Part shown: one piece after another, positions 12,473 to 25,350 of the stretch
Numbering within the stretch: the stretch's first letter is position 1
Layout: every line of letters starts with the position of its first letter
Assembly (NCBI GenBank): GCA_964016885.1
Contig: OZ024743.1
Coordinates: 96,162,001 to 96,226,000, forward strand
From: Eledone cirrhosa
Lineage: Eukaryota
Reading direction: 5' to 3'
Length of the DNA stretch: 64,000 nt
Program-made: the position numbers and the translations under genes
The notes under the pieces: model-generated
Databases searched by the model: none
What the model saw: only the letters and a program-made list of their open reading frames with translations
What the model was told of the DNA's origin: nothing

Positions 12473-14256
12473 GTGACATAGAGTTATGGCCCTTTACTTT
12501 CTGAATTCAAATCTTGCCGAGGTTAGTTTTTGCCTTTCATCCTTCCGGGATCAATAAAATAACGTACCAGTCACATACTGAGGTCCATGTAATCGACATT
12601 CCCTTCTCCATATTTGTTGGCCTTATGCCTAAATCAGAAACCATTATTTGGGATGGAGAATTGCAGTGTGAATACTTGAGAGAGATTTACCATCCAGTGT
12701 CTTTGTTATCTAGTCACATGACTAGAAATCTCGATTATATCGAGGGGTACGATATATTAGTTTATCACTCACCCCCTCCAGCTACAATAACATCAACAAC
12801 AACAATGATAAGAGGTAAAGTTCAGCTGTGAAAGATTTGAACTCAGAACGTAACGGGTCGTAATTAAATACTGTAAAGTTTGACGCTCTAACGATTCTGC
12901 CAATTTTCCTCCCTCTATAACAGAGAAATAAAGGTATTCTCCAAATCCTTTAAGATGCCTTAAATTCATGCCCTCAAATGGGGGCGTGTTTCTTGGTGAT
13001 GCGCTCGACCACGGCACGTTATGGTTTACTTGTTAACGCAATGTGATTGCCAGACAAACATGGATGCAGTAATATTTTATTGACCATATCTGATAGATGG
13101 GCTGTATCTGTAATTCAAAGAGCCAGCCTTGCCATCCTTTCACGTTAACATCATGAGCAAGCTGTTCGGTTGTTCGAACAACTGGAACATTCATCGTCGA
13201 AACCAATGTATGTCTATTCTACCTAGCTTATTGTTAGCTCTATAGTATTACATTTTTTTTTTTACTATACATGATTGTTTTGTTGCAGAGTATTTATACT
13301 TTTAGCCTTTCATAAAGCAAAACATTGTTTTCTCTCACATATATTAGAATAAACTCTGACCTAATAACATTTATCGGGATCAATATTTGAAACTATATTC
13401 TTCTGTTAACTAAAAACCAGCAAACATGAACAACTGCAGAAAAGAAAATATGTTACAGTGTTCCGACAATTCTATAGAGTAATGTTAATTCTATCGTGAT
13501 CTTGTCTGACCTCTTGTAACAACTGAGAGTTAATATGACTGACATATCAAACATTGCTTGATTAATAAATTACTTTTAATATATAATATTTATTTCTAAA
13601 TATACACGTTTAGAATATATAAATTACCATTTTATTTTAAATGGGAGGCAGTGAATTAGTACGAGAAGAATCGTTAAAGCGTCGAATAAAATACTTTACG
13701 ATATGTATACTGGCTCTCTCCGTTATGTGTTCAAATCCAGAAGTCAACTTTGCGGAGCTGCTAAAATAAAGTGTCAGTCCTGGGCAGAAAATAGTTAGAG
13801 CGACATTTGTTCCAGCTCTCTGCACTCTGGCCTCCTTGGGCGGTAGATTTAATTCTTCACCCAATTTAACACCACCACCTGATTCGAGGGAGTCTTTAAG
13901 AAAGTCTATTACTCTGTTGTAAGTATTTAGGCCAGGTCTTTGATTTTAAGATACTTGACTTCATAGATTCAGTAACGGAGGCCTTTAAAAAAATCATGAG
14001 CAGTCGACTAAAGAGTAAAAAACTACGCGCACTATAGTTATATAGTGTTGTTATTTATGTAACTTCTTCACTATGTTCTCTTCTCATAGTCAAACACCTG
14101 CGTTGAAACTGTTAACATTAAGTTAACATGCATTCAAAATTCACAAACTGCTTAACAGTTCTAAAAATACTATCGATCATGCATACATACATACATACAT
14201 ATATATATATATAGTTCTAAACATAAGATCGATCATGTATATATATATATATATAT

Positions 14257-14779
14257 CCCAAAATAAGATAAATCAAAATGAATTTAATCTAAATCAAAAT
14301 TATGGGTGTCATGCCAGAAAGGCATGCGCCATATCACCCGTAAAATAAGCTCCAAGATTCTAATGAATAGGTCCGAGCATTTTATAACAACTAGAAATTG
14401 ATTAACATATAAATAAACATATGAAACAATCACAGGGGAAGCTGGTATGATGTGTGTATTTTTAGTAGATACAGCACGTGTTACTGGCCAGTCGCTGATT
14501 TGAACTTAATGCGTAAACACAGATGGCTGGACATCTTCCTTGTTGAAAATCCAAGTATCGGCCTCCGTGGTTAACCATTCGATTAATTGGTGAAATATAT
14601 TTCTTTAATGGAATATATACAGGGAAGATTAATCATATTATAAGGTATCTATTTTTGAAGTTCTAGTTAACTTTATTTAGTTACCTACCTAGCTATGTGT
14701 GCTTGCACACTTATAAAATTATCCCCTGTGGTTGTTTCATATGTTTATTTATATGTTAATCAATTTCTAGTTGTTATAT
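14257..14779 (-). mobile_element. Insertion in (TA)n with a ~57-bp inverted repeat (14383-14440 / 14722-14779); putative PLE pLTR remnant
   Basis: tataacaactagaaattgattaacatataaataaacatatgaaacaatcacagggga and its reverse complement; flanked by TA runs. Confidence 0.6.
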
Positions 14780-14791
14780 ATATATATATTA

Positions 14792-15107
<316 letters not shown>

Positions 15108-15125
15108 AATATATATATATATATA

Positions 15126-15338
15126 TTTATTAAAATAACAGATTAAAGTTTAAGCAAAGAATCGCTGCTTTCACCCTTAACGTTTCAGAAGATCCCCTTA
15201 AGGGTGAAAGCAGCGATTCTTTGCTTAAACTTTAATCTGCTATTTTAATAAATATTTGCTCTGCGGTTCTTATATATTTGATATATATTTATCCTTATCG
15301 AGCCCTCTTTGGATTTTAGTCTTCTAATTTATTACTAT

Positions 15339-15342
<4 letters not shown>
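15126..15342 (+). mobile_element. Fold-back element, family C copy 2 (hammerhead-like motif at 15182-15230)
   Basis: Near-identical to 14792-15010, separated from it by (TA)n(TG)n. Confidence 0.7.
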
Positions 15343-15392
<50 letters not shown>

Positions 15393-15395
<3 letters not shown>

Positions 15396-15513
15396 AACGA
15401 GTAGGACCCCGACGGCTGAGCTCAAGCCGTTTCAACGGCTAATTCTGGACTATTACCCACTCTACTACCCTAAGTATTGAGTACTTTGGTGCGTTATGGT
15501 CCACCTGGTTCCT
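15393..15513 (+). mobile_element. Family A remnant: inverted half-hammerhead joined directly to the 3' tail
   Basis: ggaccccgacggctgagctcaagccgtttc... followed by ctattacccactctactaccctaagtattgagtact...; TA tracts on both sides. Confidence 0.7.
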
Positions 15514-15527
15514 TATATATATATATA

Positions 15528-15605
<78 letters not shown>

Positions 15606-16089
15606 TATAGTTCTAAACATACGATCGATCATGTATATATATATATATAGGTTGTATTAAAAAGAATCATTCGATTTCAAAATTCTATGATTTTGAGGTA
15701 AGTGAGCATACAATGATGCTGTAACTTGTAAAATACTTGTCTGAATATGATGTTTTATTTACAATTTAACAAATGCTCAATGTGCCCTCCCCTGGACACA
15801 TGGTATACATCTACACAATAGTCAAACTCGTCCCATACCTGAGTGAGTGTGTTTGGTGTTACTGCAACCACCGCTCTTGTTATGCAGTTTCTCAGTTTGT
15901 CCATAGTTGTTCGAATTGGGGGCACATAATCGGGGTCTTTCACAAACACCCACAAGGAAAGATCGTAGACTTGGTAGGCGACATTTGGTGGCCAGTGGTG
16001 AAGTGTAAAATCAGTAGCATTTTTTACGGCCGATTCATCATTGAGTAAACACTGTGTTAAGAAATGCTGGTATATACTTGTTCGAGTGT

Positions 16090-16372
16090 GGTGGGGCTAC
16101 ATTCTGTCGCTCTCCGACAGGTTTGCAGTTGTACCCTTGGCAGTGGAGAGTTCTGGTGTCCTCGGCACTAGGGCTACCTCCCTACTCACCACCATAGGCG
16201 CTGAGCTGGCCAGCCGCAGGTGTGAGCCCTGTGAGCTGGAATGGCTTTTCCAGCGCATCTCCCTTGCCGTCCTCCGGGGAAACGCCTTCTCTATTCTGTC
16301 CGCCGAGGCTGTGGGGAGACCACCGATATGATTGACTGACTTCTCATTTTATCAGTCAGATGTTTTGAACAC
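16090..16372 (+). mobile_element. 3' end of a CRE-like non-LTR retrotransposon (restriction-like endonuclease C-terminus), nested in the mariner
   Basis: FAVVPLAVESSGVLG...WLFQRISLAVLRGNAFSIL matches the CRE-type F.P.AVET.G..G...L.QR.S.A.QRGNA motif; second copy at 27015-27235. Confidence 0.75.
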
Positions 16373-16828
16373 CTATTGTTTGTAATAGTATAATTATTTC
16401 TACCGTTAGATTTGTTTTTCACGATTGTCACAATTCGATTCTGTTACAAAACGAAAACATCAGAATCAGTTTTGTAATTTCGGAAAAAGCCATTTCTGTA
16501 ACATTTCGAGATGAGATTGCCGTAACACTATTTTCTACAAAAAAGTATGAACCGTAAACTTTATGTTGCGAAACGGCACAAAAGACATAAGGTTTTGGAG
16601 AGTCATACTTATACTTGACTATTCGAGTAACTGTTGTGATCTCCAAAGTCTTACATTATGGTGGTTCACCTTTCCACTTAGATGGAACATGGCCTCGTCA
16701 CTAAACACTAAGCGTGATAGAAGTGTCATCTTCAATTTCCATGCCCAGAAAGAATTCACAGAACTCCACACGTTGTTATTCATCCTCTACATAGAGGGCT
16801 TGCACCAATTAAATCTTGTATGGTTTAA

Positions 16829-17791
16829 CCCTTTAACATTTAAACCGGCCATATCCGGCCAGAATTCTCTCACTTCTTTCTGTTCAAACTGGCCATAATT
16901 GGCCACTCATACTAATGTTAAGGTATTGTTCTCAAAATAAATAATATCAAAATCTCATAGATTCGATATTATGAGATAATTATGTGAGATAAAGCCTTTA
17001 CTGTGAAAATACAATAGTATATATAGAGTAATGTAAATGTTATGTGAGATATTATGTGAGGTAAAGACTTTACTGTGAAAATATAATAGTATATATAGAG
17101 TAATGTAAATGTTATGTGAGATATTATGTGAGGTAAAGTCTTTACTGTGAAAATATAATAGTATATATAGAGTAATGTAAATGTTATGTGAGATATTATG
17201 TGAGGTAAAGCCTTTACTGTGAAAATATAATAGTATATATAGAGTAATATGAATGTTATGTGAGATATTATGTGAGGTAAAGCCTTTACTGTGAAAATAT
17301 AATAGTATATATAGAGTAATGTAAATGTTATGTGAGATATTATGTGAGGTAAAGTCTTTACTGTGAAAATATAATAGTATATATAGAGTAATATGAATGT
17401 TATGTGAGATATTATGTGAGGTAAAGACTTTACTGTGAAAATATAATAGTATATATAGAGTAATGTAAATGTTATATGAGATATTATGTGAGGTAAAGAC
17501 TTTACTGTGAAAATATAATAGTATATATAGAGTAACGTAAATGTTATGTGAGATGTTATGTGAGATATTATGTGAGGTAAAGACTTTACTGTGAAAATAT
17601 GATAGTATATATAGAGTAATGTAAATGTTATGTGAGATGTTATGTGAGATATTATGTGAGGTAAAGACTTTACTGTGAAAATATGATAGTATATATAGAG
17701 TAATGTAAATGTTATGTGATATATTATGTGAGGTAAAGACTTTACTGTGAAAATATAATTGTATATATAGAGTAATGTAAATGCTAAAGGG
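16829..17791. mobile_element. Non-autonomous piggyBac-like MITE with TTAA TSD
   Basis: TTAA(16825-28)-CCCTTTAACATTTA ... TAAATGCTAAAGGG-TTAA(17792-95); removing it restores the mariner frame LLF-KPY. Confidence 0.9.
16980..17785. repeat. 72-bp minisatellite (~11 copies, two of 84 bp) inside the MITE
   Basis: Unit gtgaggtaaagactttactgtgaaaatataatagtatatatagagtaatgtaaatgttatgtgagatattat. Confidence 0.95.
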
Positions 17792-18219
17792 TTAAATAAC
17801 AAACGTCGCCACAAAACACGCCACACAGTCATATGGGGTATTATCAACTCACGACTGCCACTTCAAGTCGACATTTTGGGGTTACATACAAAACTCTGTG
17901 TTCAACGCCTTAATCGGAAACACTTCATATAGATTTCACTTTATGTAAACATCCAGTCTCTTGAAAGTGTTTGTGCCAATATCGAATACTCTGAGCAGTA
18001 GGTGGTGCAATATCGTACTATTTACGAAATTCCCGCTTGCTGTTTTCCTCTGCAAAATCAGAAGGTATGCATCCCGCTTGAAGAAGTAGCCCCGTGATGT
18101 GGAATAGCTGATGCGATGGATCTCGTTGTTCTCCACGGTCATACTTCTGCCATCTTGCCTGTGGTCGCAGCTGAGATATACGCGCTTTTCTTCTCTTTTT
18201 TATTATTTAATTTGTTTAA

Positions 18220-18408
18220 CGGGGGATCGGTCGTATCGGTAGGGGGTCGGACGCCATGCTTTCCAACATAGAGTGACGTCCGTTTACGGTTTGAGATCAA
18301 ATCCCGCCGAGGTTTACTTTGCCTTTCATCCTTACGGAGTCGATAAAATAAAGTACCAGTAATACACTAGGTAATTGCTAGCCTTGTGCCAAAACTAGAA
18401 ACAATTAT
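18220..18408 (+). mobile_element. SINE family 1 with 15-bp TSD
   Basis: attatttaatttgtt at 18202-18216 and 18404-18418. Confidence 0.85.
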
Positions 18409-19329
18409 TTAATTTGTTCTTCGCTAACCCTTATTTTCTTCTTTTTTTCTCTTTCTCTATATTATTTTAATCCATTTTTTAAAATAATTTCATCACTGTT
18501 TACTTCTATTCAACAATAGGTTATTTTTTTTTTTTTTTGTTGCGTTTAACTTAGAATAAATCTCAATTATTATGTAACAGAGAAGCAGTTCAGAAATTGA
18601 TATTAATAATTTATATACAACAGCCTTAATAGTAAATTCACTTATTTTATGCTTATGCTACAAAAGCAAAACGACTATGCCTGTAATAGTGATATAGTTT
18701 TTAATATATTTATCTGGATGATTTACAATATGTATGCACGTACACGTATTCCTGTACGAATTTATTCGTTCTTACACTGCGCCAGCTTGTTAAAATGTGT
18801 TTCTCTGTGGTAATTTTAGTCTCCATGAAGATTGTTTATTGCTGTGTCAGCTCTAGTATTTCTATTTACCTATCAGTTACTTCACCAAACGTCAAAGAAC
18901 GTGGAATGAACAGTTGACAATAAATAAACAGTTTGGCATTGGGTTGTGGCCAGGTGGTCAGGTGACATTGATTAAGTATTAGGTACTAGGCATAAAACGA
19001 TGCTGTGTCATTAAAAGAAATAAAGTAGACCCAATGGGAATTATTCATTATATTCAGAAGCTTGTGTTGTTGAAACACTGTTAGTTCTGACGAGAATATC
19101 CCAGTTGTTCGAGCAACGAAACAGCCAGCTCGTGAAATTATTGTGTAGGTAGTTGACCATTCCAAAGACACGTGTACCAGGTAGAGTCAGCGTGAGACTG
19201 TGTGTGACTAGACAGGCTCCTTGAATTACAGGTACAAATTGATTTTGCTAGCTGAGTAAAGTGAAATAAAGTGTGTTGCTCAATGACACAACCCTTCTTA
19301 TTCTTCTTCTTCTTCTTCTTCTTCTTCTT

Positions 19330-21518
19330 GGGAGAATTCCCAGCTCTGTGAGCCGAGGATCTGTGGCGCTGCTGAGAAAGGATCCGAACAAGGGGGATAA
19401 CATAGATAATTTCAGGCCCATAACTCTACTGAACACAGAGTTCAAGATTTTGGCCAAGGTGCTAGCAAAGAGGTTGGCGCTTGTCGTTGGTGGTCTGGTG
19501 GGAGAGGCGCAGACATGCGCCATTCCCGACAGATCCATCCACGACAACCTCCACCTCATGCGATACATCGTAGAGAGGGTAGCTAGGGAACCTGGCACGG
19601 GTGGGTCCTTGATCAATTTAGATCAGTCGAAAGCTTTCGATAGGGTCGACCATCGTTACCTAGCGGCAGTCCTGAGGGCGGCTGGCTTTAGGCTCGTCTT
19701 CAGAGGCTGGATCGCTGCTATGCACAGAGACATCTTCTCTGTGGTGAAAGTGAACGGTCACCTTTCGGAACCGTTCAACATCATGCGCTTGGTCCGCCAA
19801 GGATGTCCCCTCTCGTCCCTCTTGTACGTATTGACTCTCGAGCTATTACTGCACAAACTGGAGATGTTGAGGGGGTCCCGCGCGAACTAGGATGCGGAAG
19901 ATCCATGTCAGCATATGCGGACGATGTCACCGTAGTGGTGTCGAACGCCAAACACATCGAGGCGATCGGCACTACACTAAGAGAATACGAAGCGGTGACA
20001 GGAGCAATGATCAACCAGGAAAAGTCAGTGGGCCTGCAGCTCGGCACCTGGAGAGGCAGGTCCATGCCGTCCAACAGCGTCGTCGGGCGCTGGACGCATG
20101 GACCGGTTAAATTGCTAGGGGTCTGATTCGGTCCGGACCTCCAGACGGACAAAAACTGGGACGAGGTGACGAGCAGGGTGGCTTCTCTCACCCAGAAATG
20201 GGCGGAGAGGAAGCTACCCCTGAAAGGTCGAGCGGAGGTGGCTAACGCGTATATCGCGTCCGTCATCTACTACCGCCTGACCGTCGTACCTTGTCCTAAG
20301 CCCCGCCTGACTGCGCTGGAGCGTTTGCTCTTTCGCTTATTGTGGAAGGGACGTGCTCCGATGGTCAGGCGGTCCATCTGCTGTCTACACCCGCTACGTG
20401 GAGGGCTGGGAATGCCGTGGCTGATGATGCGCAGACACGCGCTCAGGCTACCACATCTCCACCTCTTCCTCGACGGTGATCAGGTGTGGTCGCTGTTTGC
20501 TAGACGCGTCTTTCCCCAGCTCGTCTCCTTGACGGAGCTGCAGTCCTGGGTCAAGCGAAGACCGAGAGGGAGCGCTTGGAGACTGGAATGTCTTCAGGCG
20601 CTCACAGCCCTCGACCAATCGGGCAATGTGATAGGTGGAAACTCCACCTTGGCGTTCTATAGAGGATTAGTGGAGGGGAAGAGCGACGACGTACTTGGGG
20701 AAACTCTAGGTGTCGACGAAAATCAACTAGCCAATCTCTTCGGAAGAACTTTCGGGCCGGGGCCTATGGACAACTTCCAGAAATCACTTGCCTGGCAGTG
20801 CTACCGAGGAGCTTTGCCAGTTCGGGATAAACTCTACAGGCATGGAGGTGCCGTCAGCCGGGCATGTCCGAGATGCGCGCAGGGCGACGAAACCGTCCTG
20901 CACGCACTCGTCCAGTGTCCGAGCATTGCTGACCTGTGGGTTTATGTCGAACACCTGCTGTCACGTGTGGGACGGATCCAGCTATCAGCTGAGTTCATCG
21001 TGAGGATTACCCCGCCCTCTTCCTTTAGTCGGGAAGGGCAGGCAGTTTTTATCTGTCTGGTGGCCATGGCGAAAGAGATAGTATGGTGGACACGTTTGAA
21101 AGGGCTGAAGACGAGCACTTACCTCTTCGGTGATGCCCTGATTAACTTTTTCAAATTTCATTTGAAAAGGAAAATCATGTGCTCTCTTCCCAGCATTTTG
21201 TTGAAAGATGGGTGAGAGAAGCAAGTATGGCCCGAGTGAATGGGCCTACTCTGAGTATGTGTCTGTAAATTAAAGGTGGAAAACTGGGAGAGGGCACTTG
21301 CCCTGGTGGTCAGGGTCACTGTGGCCTTTTAATGGACTTTCTCCACGAATGTCCCTCGGAAGTTTCCCCCCTATTGGGGAATTTTTTCATTGTTCTATTA
21401 TTACATCCTCTGTTTCTTGTTTTTTTTACACGCAGAAATGCCCTTTTGTACCGTCCTGTATTGTCCTGTACTGTCCTTAATGTCTACTTTGTATAAACCC
21501 TTGTGGTTAATAAAGAAA

Positions 21519-21553
<35 letters not shown>
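19330..21553 (+). mobile_element. 5'-truncated L1/Tx1-clade LINE, ORF2 pseudogene (RT plus C-terminal Zn finger)
   Basis: NFRPITLLNTEFKILAK, LDQSKAFDRVDH, RQGCPLS, AYADD, CPRC..ETVLHALVQC; frameshift near 19870 and stop at 20124; AATAAA near 21509, then (ATT)n. Confidence 0.92.
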
Positions 21554-24500
21554 GTTCTTTGAGTCTCAGTCATTGATGTTATCTAACTGGAAAGTTTGTT
21601 GAAATGAATATCAAGCCGCTAGCTGCAGCCTCAGATATTCAGGACGTATCGGAGGGTTCTTGCTGTTCCCAGCAAGCATGCCTTTTGAAGTGTTCCAAAA
21701 AACGGAGGCTGGACTAACTATCTTTAACCATCCTGGGAAACTCTTTGAGATAGTACCTAGTGCGCCTATGACAATCGTGACCACTCTGACTTCATGGCAG
21801 TTCCAAACCCTTTTTACCTCCAACTTTAAGTCCTGGTATCGGTTAATTTTCTCACTCTCCTTTTCTTGCACTCTCGTGTCAAATGGGCAGGCTACATCTA
21901 CAATCAGGCACGATCTTTTTTCCTTGTCCAAAACCACCAGGTCAGGTCTATTGTGTTCCAGTTTCTTATCCGTCTGTATCCTAAAATCCCATAGCACCTT
22001 CACCTGATCGTTTTCTATCACCGACTCTGGCTTATGTTCATACCACTTCTCAGAATGTGGTAAATTGTTTACTTTGCATAGATGCCAGTGGATCACCCTG
22101 CCTATCACATCATGTCTCCAGCCTTTATAGTGAGTCTGGGTTAGGTGTTTACACTCGGATACAATGTGAGCCACAGTCTCCTCTCTCTCTCCACAGATCC
22201 TACACAGTGGGCTAGCCTCCTCCTTGTAAATATGGTGTTTCACCCACTTTGTTTTTGAGTGCCTGCTCTTGCGCAGCCATTAGCATTCCTTCTGTAGCCT
22301 TTTTAAGGTTTCCTCTTTTTAACCAGTTCCATGTCTGCGGATCTCTAAATTCAGTTTTCTCAAAGAAGGTACTATGAAGGGATTTTTCATGAAGGTTGCT
22401 CTTCCTCCTTGTTGTTATTTCCTCCTTGGACATCCCCTGGTCTATTGTTCTCTCCTTCAGTACAATTCTGAGCATTGGCTCCCTACTGTCGGTCACGTAT
22501 TTGTGCAGGTTGTTTTTCTCCATCTGAACACAGTCCTCTGTGCTGATAAGACCTCATCCGCCTTCAGATTTCTTTAAGTAGAGTCTATCGACATCATTCC
22601 TCTTGTGGAACATGTTGTAGATAGTCAATAGCTTCCTAGTCTTCCTATCCATTTCTTTTTGTTCAGCAAGATTCCATTTCAGAATTCCCGCACTGTACCT
22701 AATAATAGACACAGCTCTGGAATTCACTGCACTTATGACATTCCTACTATTTAGACGTGATTTTAATACGCTCCTTACTCTCCGAATGTACTCAGATCTT
22801 ATCAATTCCTTCATGTTTTTGTTCTTGACGTCATCTGCCTCCAGAACACCTAAATATTTGTATTCTTCTTCAGTGTCAATTTCCTTTATCATCTCACCTG
22901 TTGGTACCTGGATTCCGTTGCTTCTGCTCAATTTACCCTCTTCATCACTTATTAATACCAAATTCCATACATATATCATTGCTGAAAATACGGACAGTGT
23001 CAACAAGTACATCCAACTCCTTCTCACTCTTCCCAAAGAGTTTAAGATCGTCCATGAAGAGTGGGTGGTTGATGGTAAGCTCTCCTTTTCCCAACTTGTA
23101 TCCTGCTCTCACTTCACGCAGTATAATGGTCAGGGGCATCAGGGCAAGGACAAACGACAGAGGGGACAGACTATCTCCCTGGAAGATACCTCTCTTGATC
23201 GTCACGCCTCCCAAGGATTCTCCATCCGATGTTAACTCTGTTTCCCAGGACTTCATACTTTTGCTCAACAAACTGTCTGATGTTATATGCCACCTTGAAG
23301 ATCTCTACGCTTTTGGTTATCCAAGAATGAGGTACAATGTCGAATGCCTTTTTGTAGTCTATCCATCCCATGGCAAGACCAGTGTGTTTCCTCTTGCAAT
23401 TCCTCATTACCATCTTATCAATAAGTAGCTGGTCTTTTGTACCACGGGACTTCTTTCGGCATCCTTTCTGTTCGTCCGGTAACAGGTTGTTTGTGTGGAG
23501 GTGGTGGTATATTTCCTCAGACACAATGCTTGTTAACAGTTTCCACATTACGGATAGACATGTGATAGGTCTATAGTTGGTAACATCATTACCCTTGATT
23601 CGGTCTTTCATTACCAGGACTGTGGTACCCTTTGTCAACCACTCTGGTACCTCACCCGACATCAAGCAGTCATTGAACATGGTTGTCAGTTTCGGGTGGA
23701 GGGATGTTATATTTTTAATCCAATACTCCTGCACACCATCTGGGCCTGGTGTTTCCAGTTGGTTAGTTTTCTGACCTGTCCTCTAAGAGTTTCAACTGTG
23801 ATACTCAAATCAGTTTGTTGGTGTGCTTGTTCACTAATCTCCTTTTGTACTGTCTCAATCCACACTGCCTGATCATTATGTTCAACATCCTGCTCCCATA
23901 TTCCTTTCCAGAATGTCTTAGTCTGTTCCGCCTCAGGGATCAGGTCGTTGCCTCGTTCTTTCCCTTCAAGCTGCCCAAACAACATCTTCTGGCTGTTGTT
24001 AAACATGCGGTTCTATCTATACTGACTGACTCTGCTCTCATACCGCCTAATCTTTGCACTCTTTGCTACAATGCGTTGCTTCAGTTCCTCTATGGTAATA
24101 TTTAGCTTTTTCCTCCTAGTTTTGTACTTTATTTCCAGTCTATTTTTAGTGTCTATGTTTTGTAGTGTCCCATTCAGTAGGGACTCAAGCTTTCCAATGT
24201 CATTTCTCATTTCCCTGATTTGACCATTCAGTCGTTTCTTCCACCAAGGTTCTGATCTTTCTTGTTTGTTGTTTCCTCTCGCTTTTATTCCAAGTAATTT
24301 CCTCACCGCATTTGCTGTTGCTTTGAGGATATTGTTGCACTGGTGAAGGTTCCTCGCCTCAAGGTATGGGATGACTTTGTTTACTGTAGCTGTTGTTTCT
24401 TTTAACTTTTTCCTGTCTACAAATCTTATGTTCATAGGTTTCCCACTATCATTGTTCATTTCATCTACCACTAAGTTTAGGATATCAACCAAATCTTGTC

Positions 24501-25280
24501 CTAGCCCGTCAGCATTCATTTCCTCAATGGCCGTATCTTTGTTCCAGGTATTATTTATTTCAACATTCAGATCATTGTCTGCTTCGGATGCTTCCTCCGT
24601 TCTCTCAACCTCTTCACCTTCATCTCCCACTGGCTCGTTTGCCTGGCTTACTCCACTCTCCATTTCCAATCTAATCTCTCTGCTGAGTTCCTCCAGTTCC
24701 ATCTCGCTTATCCACCCATTAGTTCTTATTACCCGAGGCTGCCCGGCCAATTTTTGTTCATCTAATTTAAATAGACCAATCTCGTTCCAGATGTTATGCA
24801 TCCGTTTCCTATAGCCTTTTTCCTTGGGGTTACTCTTCAGGTAACATTGCATAACAGTTCTATTCAATTCTTTCGTCCAGTTGGTTCTGGTCCCTTTCCT
24901 TCTTCTTCCTCCAACACCAGCAGTATTTGGATGACAGCCAGGTCCCTGCTGCTGGGCCAGGGAGCACCTGCTGGATGAGAGTCTGTCACATGACATTCCA
25001 GTCTCCACTTCACCATTATTCGAACTGTTTAGGTTCGACATTTAAACACTCATATCGAGGATTGGTGAATGTATGGTTACATAACCACCGGTGATTTCAT
25101 CACCCCCAGTCATTTGATCACTCCCGATGATTTTAGCGTGGCACTATCACGCTGTAGACGAACATAAATAAACAGACAAATAGGTAAAAACCTAAAAAAA
25201 TAAGCATAAGTTTCATTGTAATGTAATGTTTGAATGTCTGACTTAGTTTTTTTGTTTGTTTGTTTGTTTTTCTTTTCTTT
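21554..25280 (-). mobile_element. Near full-length R4/Dong-clade LINE (RT, CCHC finger, restriction-like endonuclease), multiply frameshifted
   Basis: NYRPITCL, WIDYKKAFD, GIFQGDSLSP, LFMDDLKL, YKYLG, CRICGEREETVAHIVSEC, RHD, PDLVVLD..IVDVACP, EKESEKINRY; (TAA)n tracts at both ends, the known Dong-type target. Confidence 0.9.
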
Positions 25281-25350
25281 TTTTTATTATTATTATGTTT
25301 TTATTATTATTATTTTTTTATCATTATTATTATTATTATTATTATTATTT

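Larger units (their letters stand above)
15649..18050 (-). mobile_element. Decayed Tc1/mariner-superfamily DNA transposon (DUF4817-type HTH plus DDD/E transposase pseudogene), interrupted by two insertions
   Basis: Minus-strand peptides in order: YDIAPPTAQSIRYWHKHFQETGCLHK; TVWRVL..RLLF|KPYKI; DSPKPYVFCAVSQHKVYGSYFF; WVFVKD..YVPP..TMDKLRNCIT..VWDEFDY..GGHIEHL. TIR-like end next to TA at ~15649. Confidence 0.85.

Noticed and set aside
14470-14550. Hammerhead in the 14257-14779 element (minus: ggaaga..gtaa-cacgtg)
   Set aside because: Several core mismatches and no convincing stem I
16969-17847. 292-aa ORF with 24-aa repeats
   Set aside because: Read-through from the mariner frame into a stop-free 72-bp minisatellite inside a MITE
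19273-25041. Functional RT genes
   Set aside because: Both LINE ORFs carry frameshifts or stops, and the antisense ORFs over them are shadows
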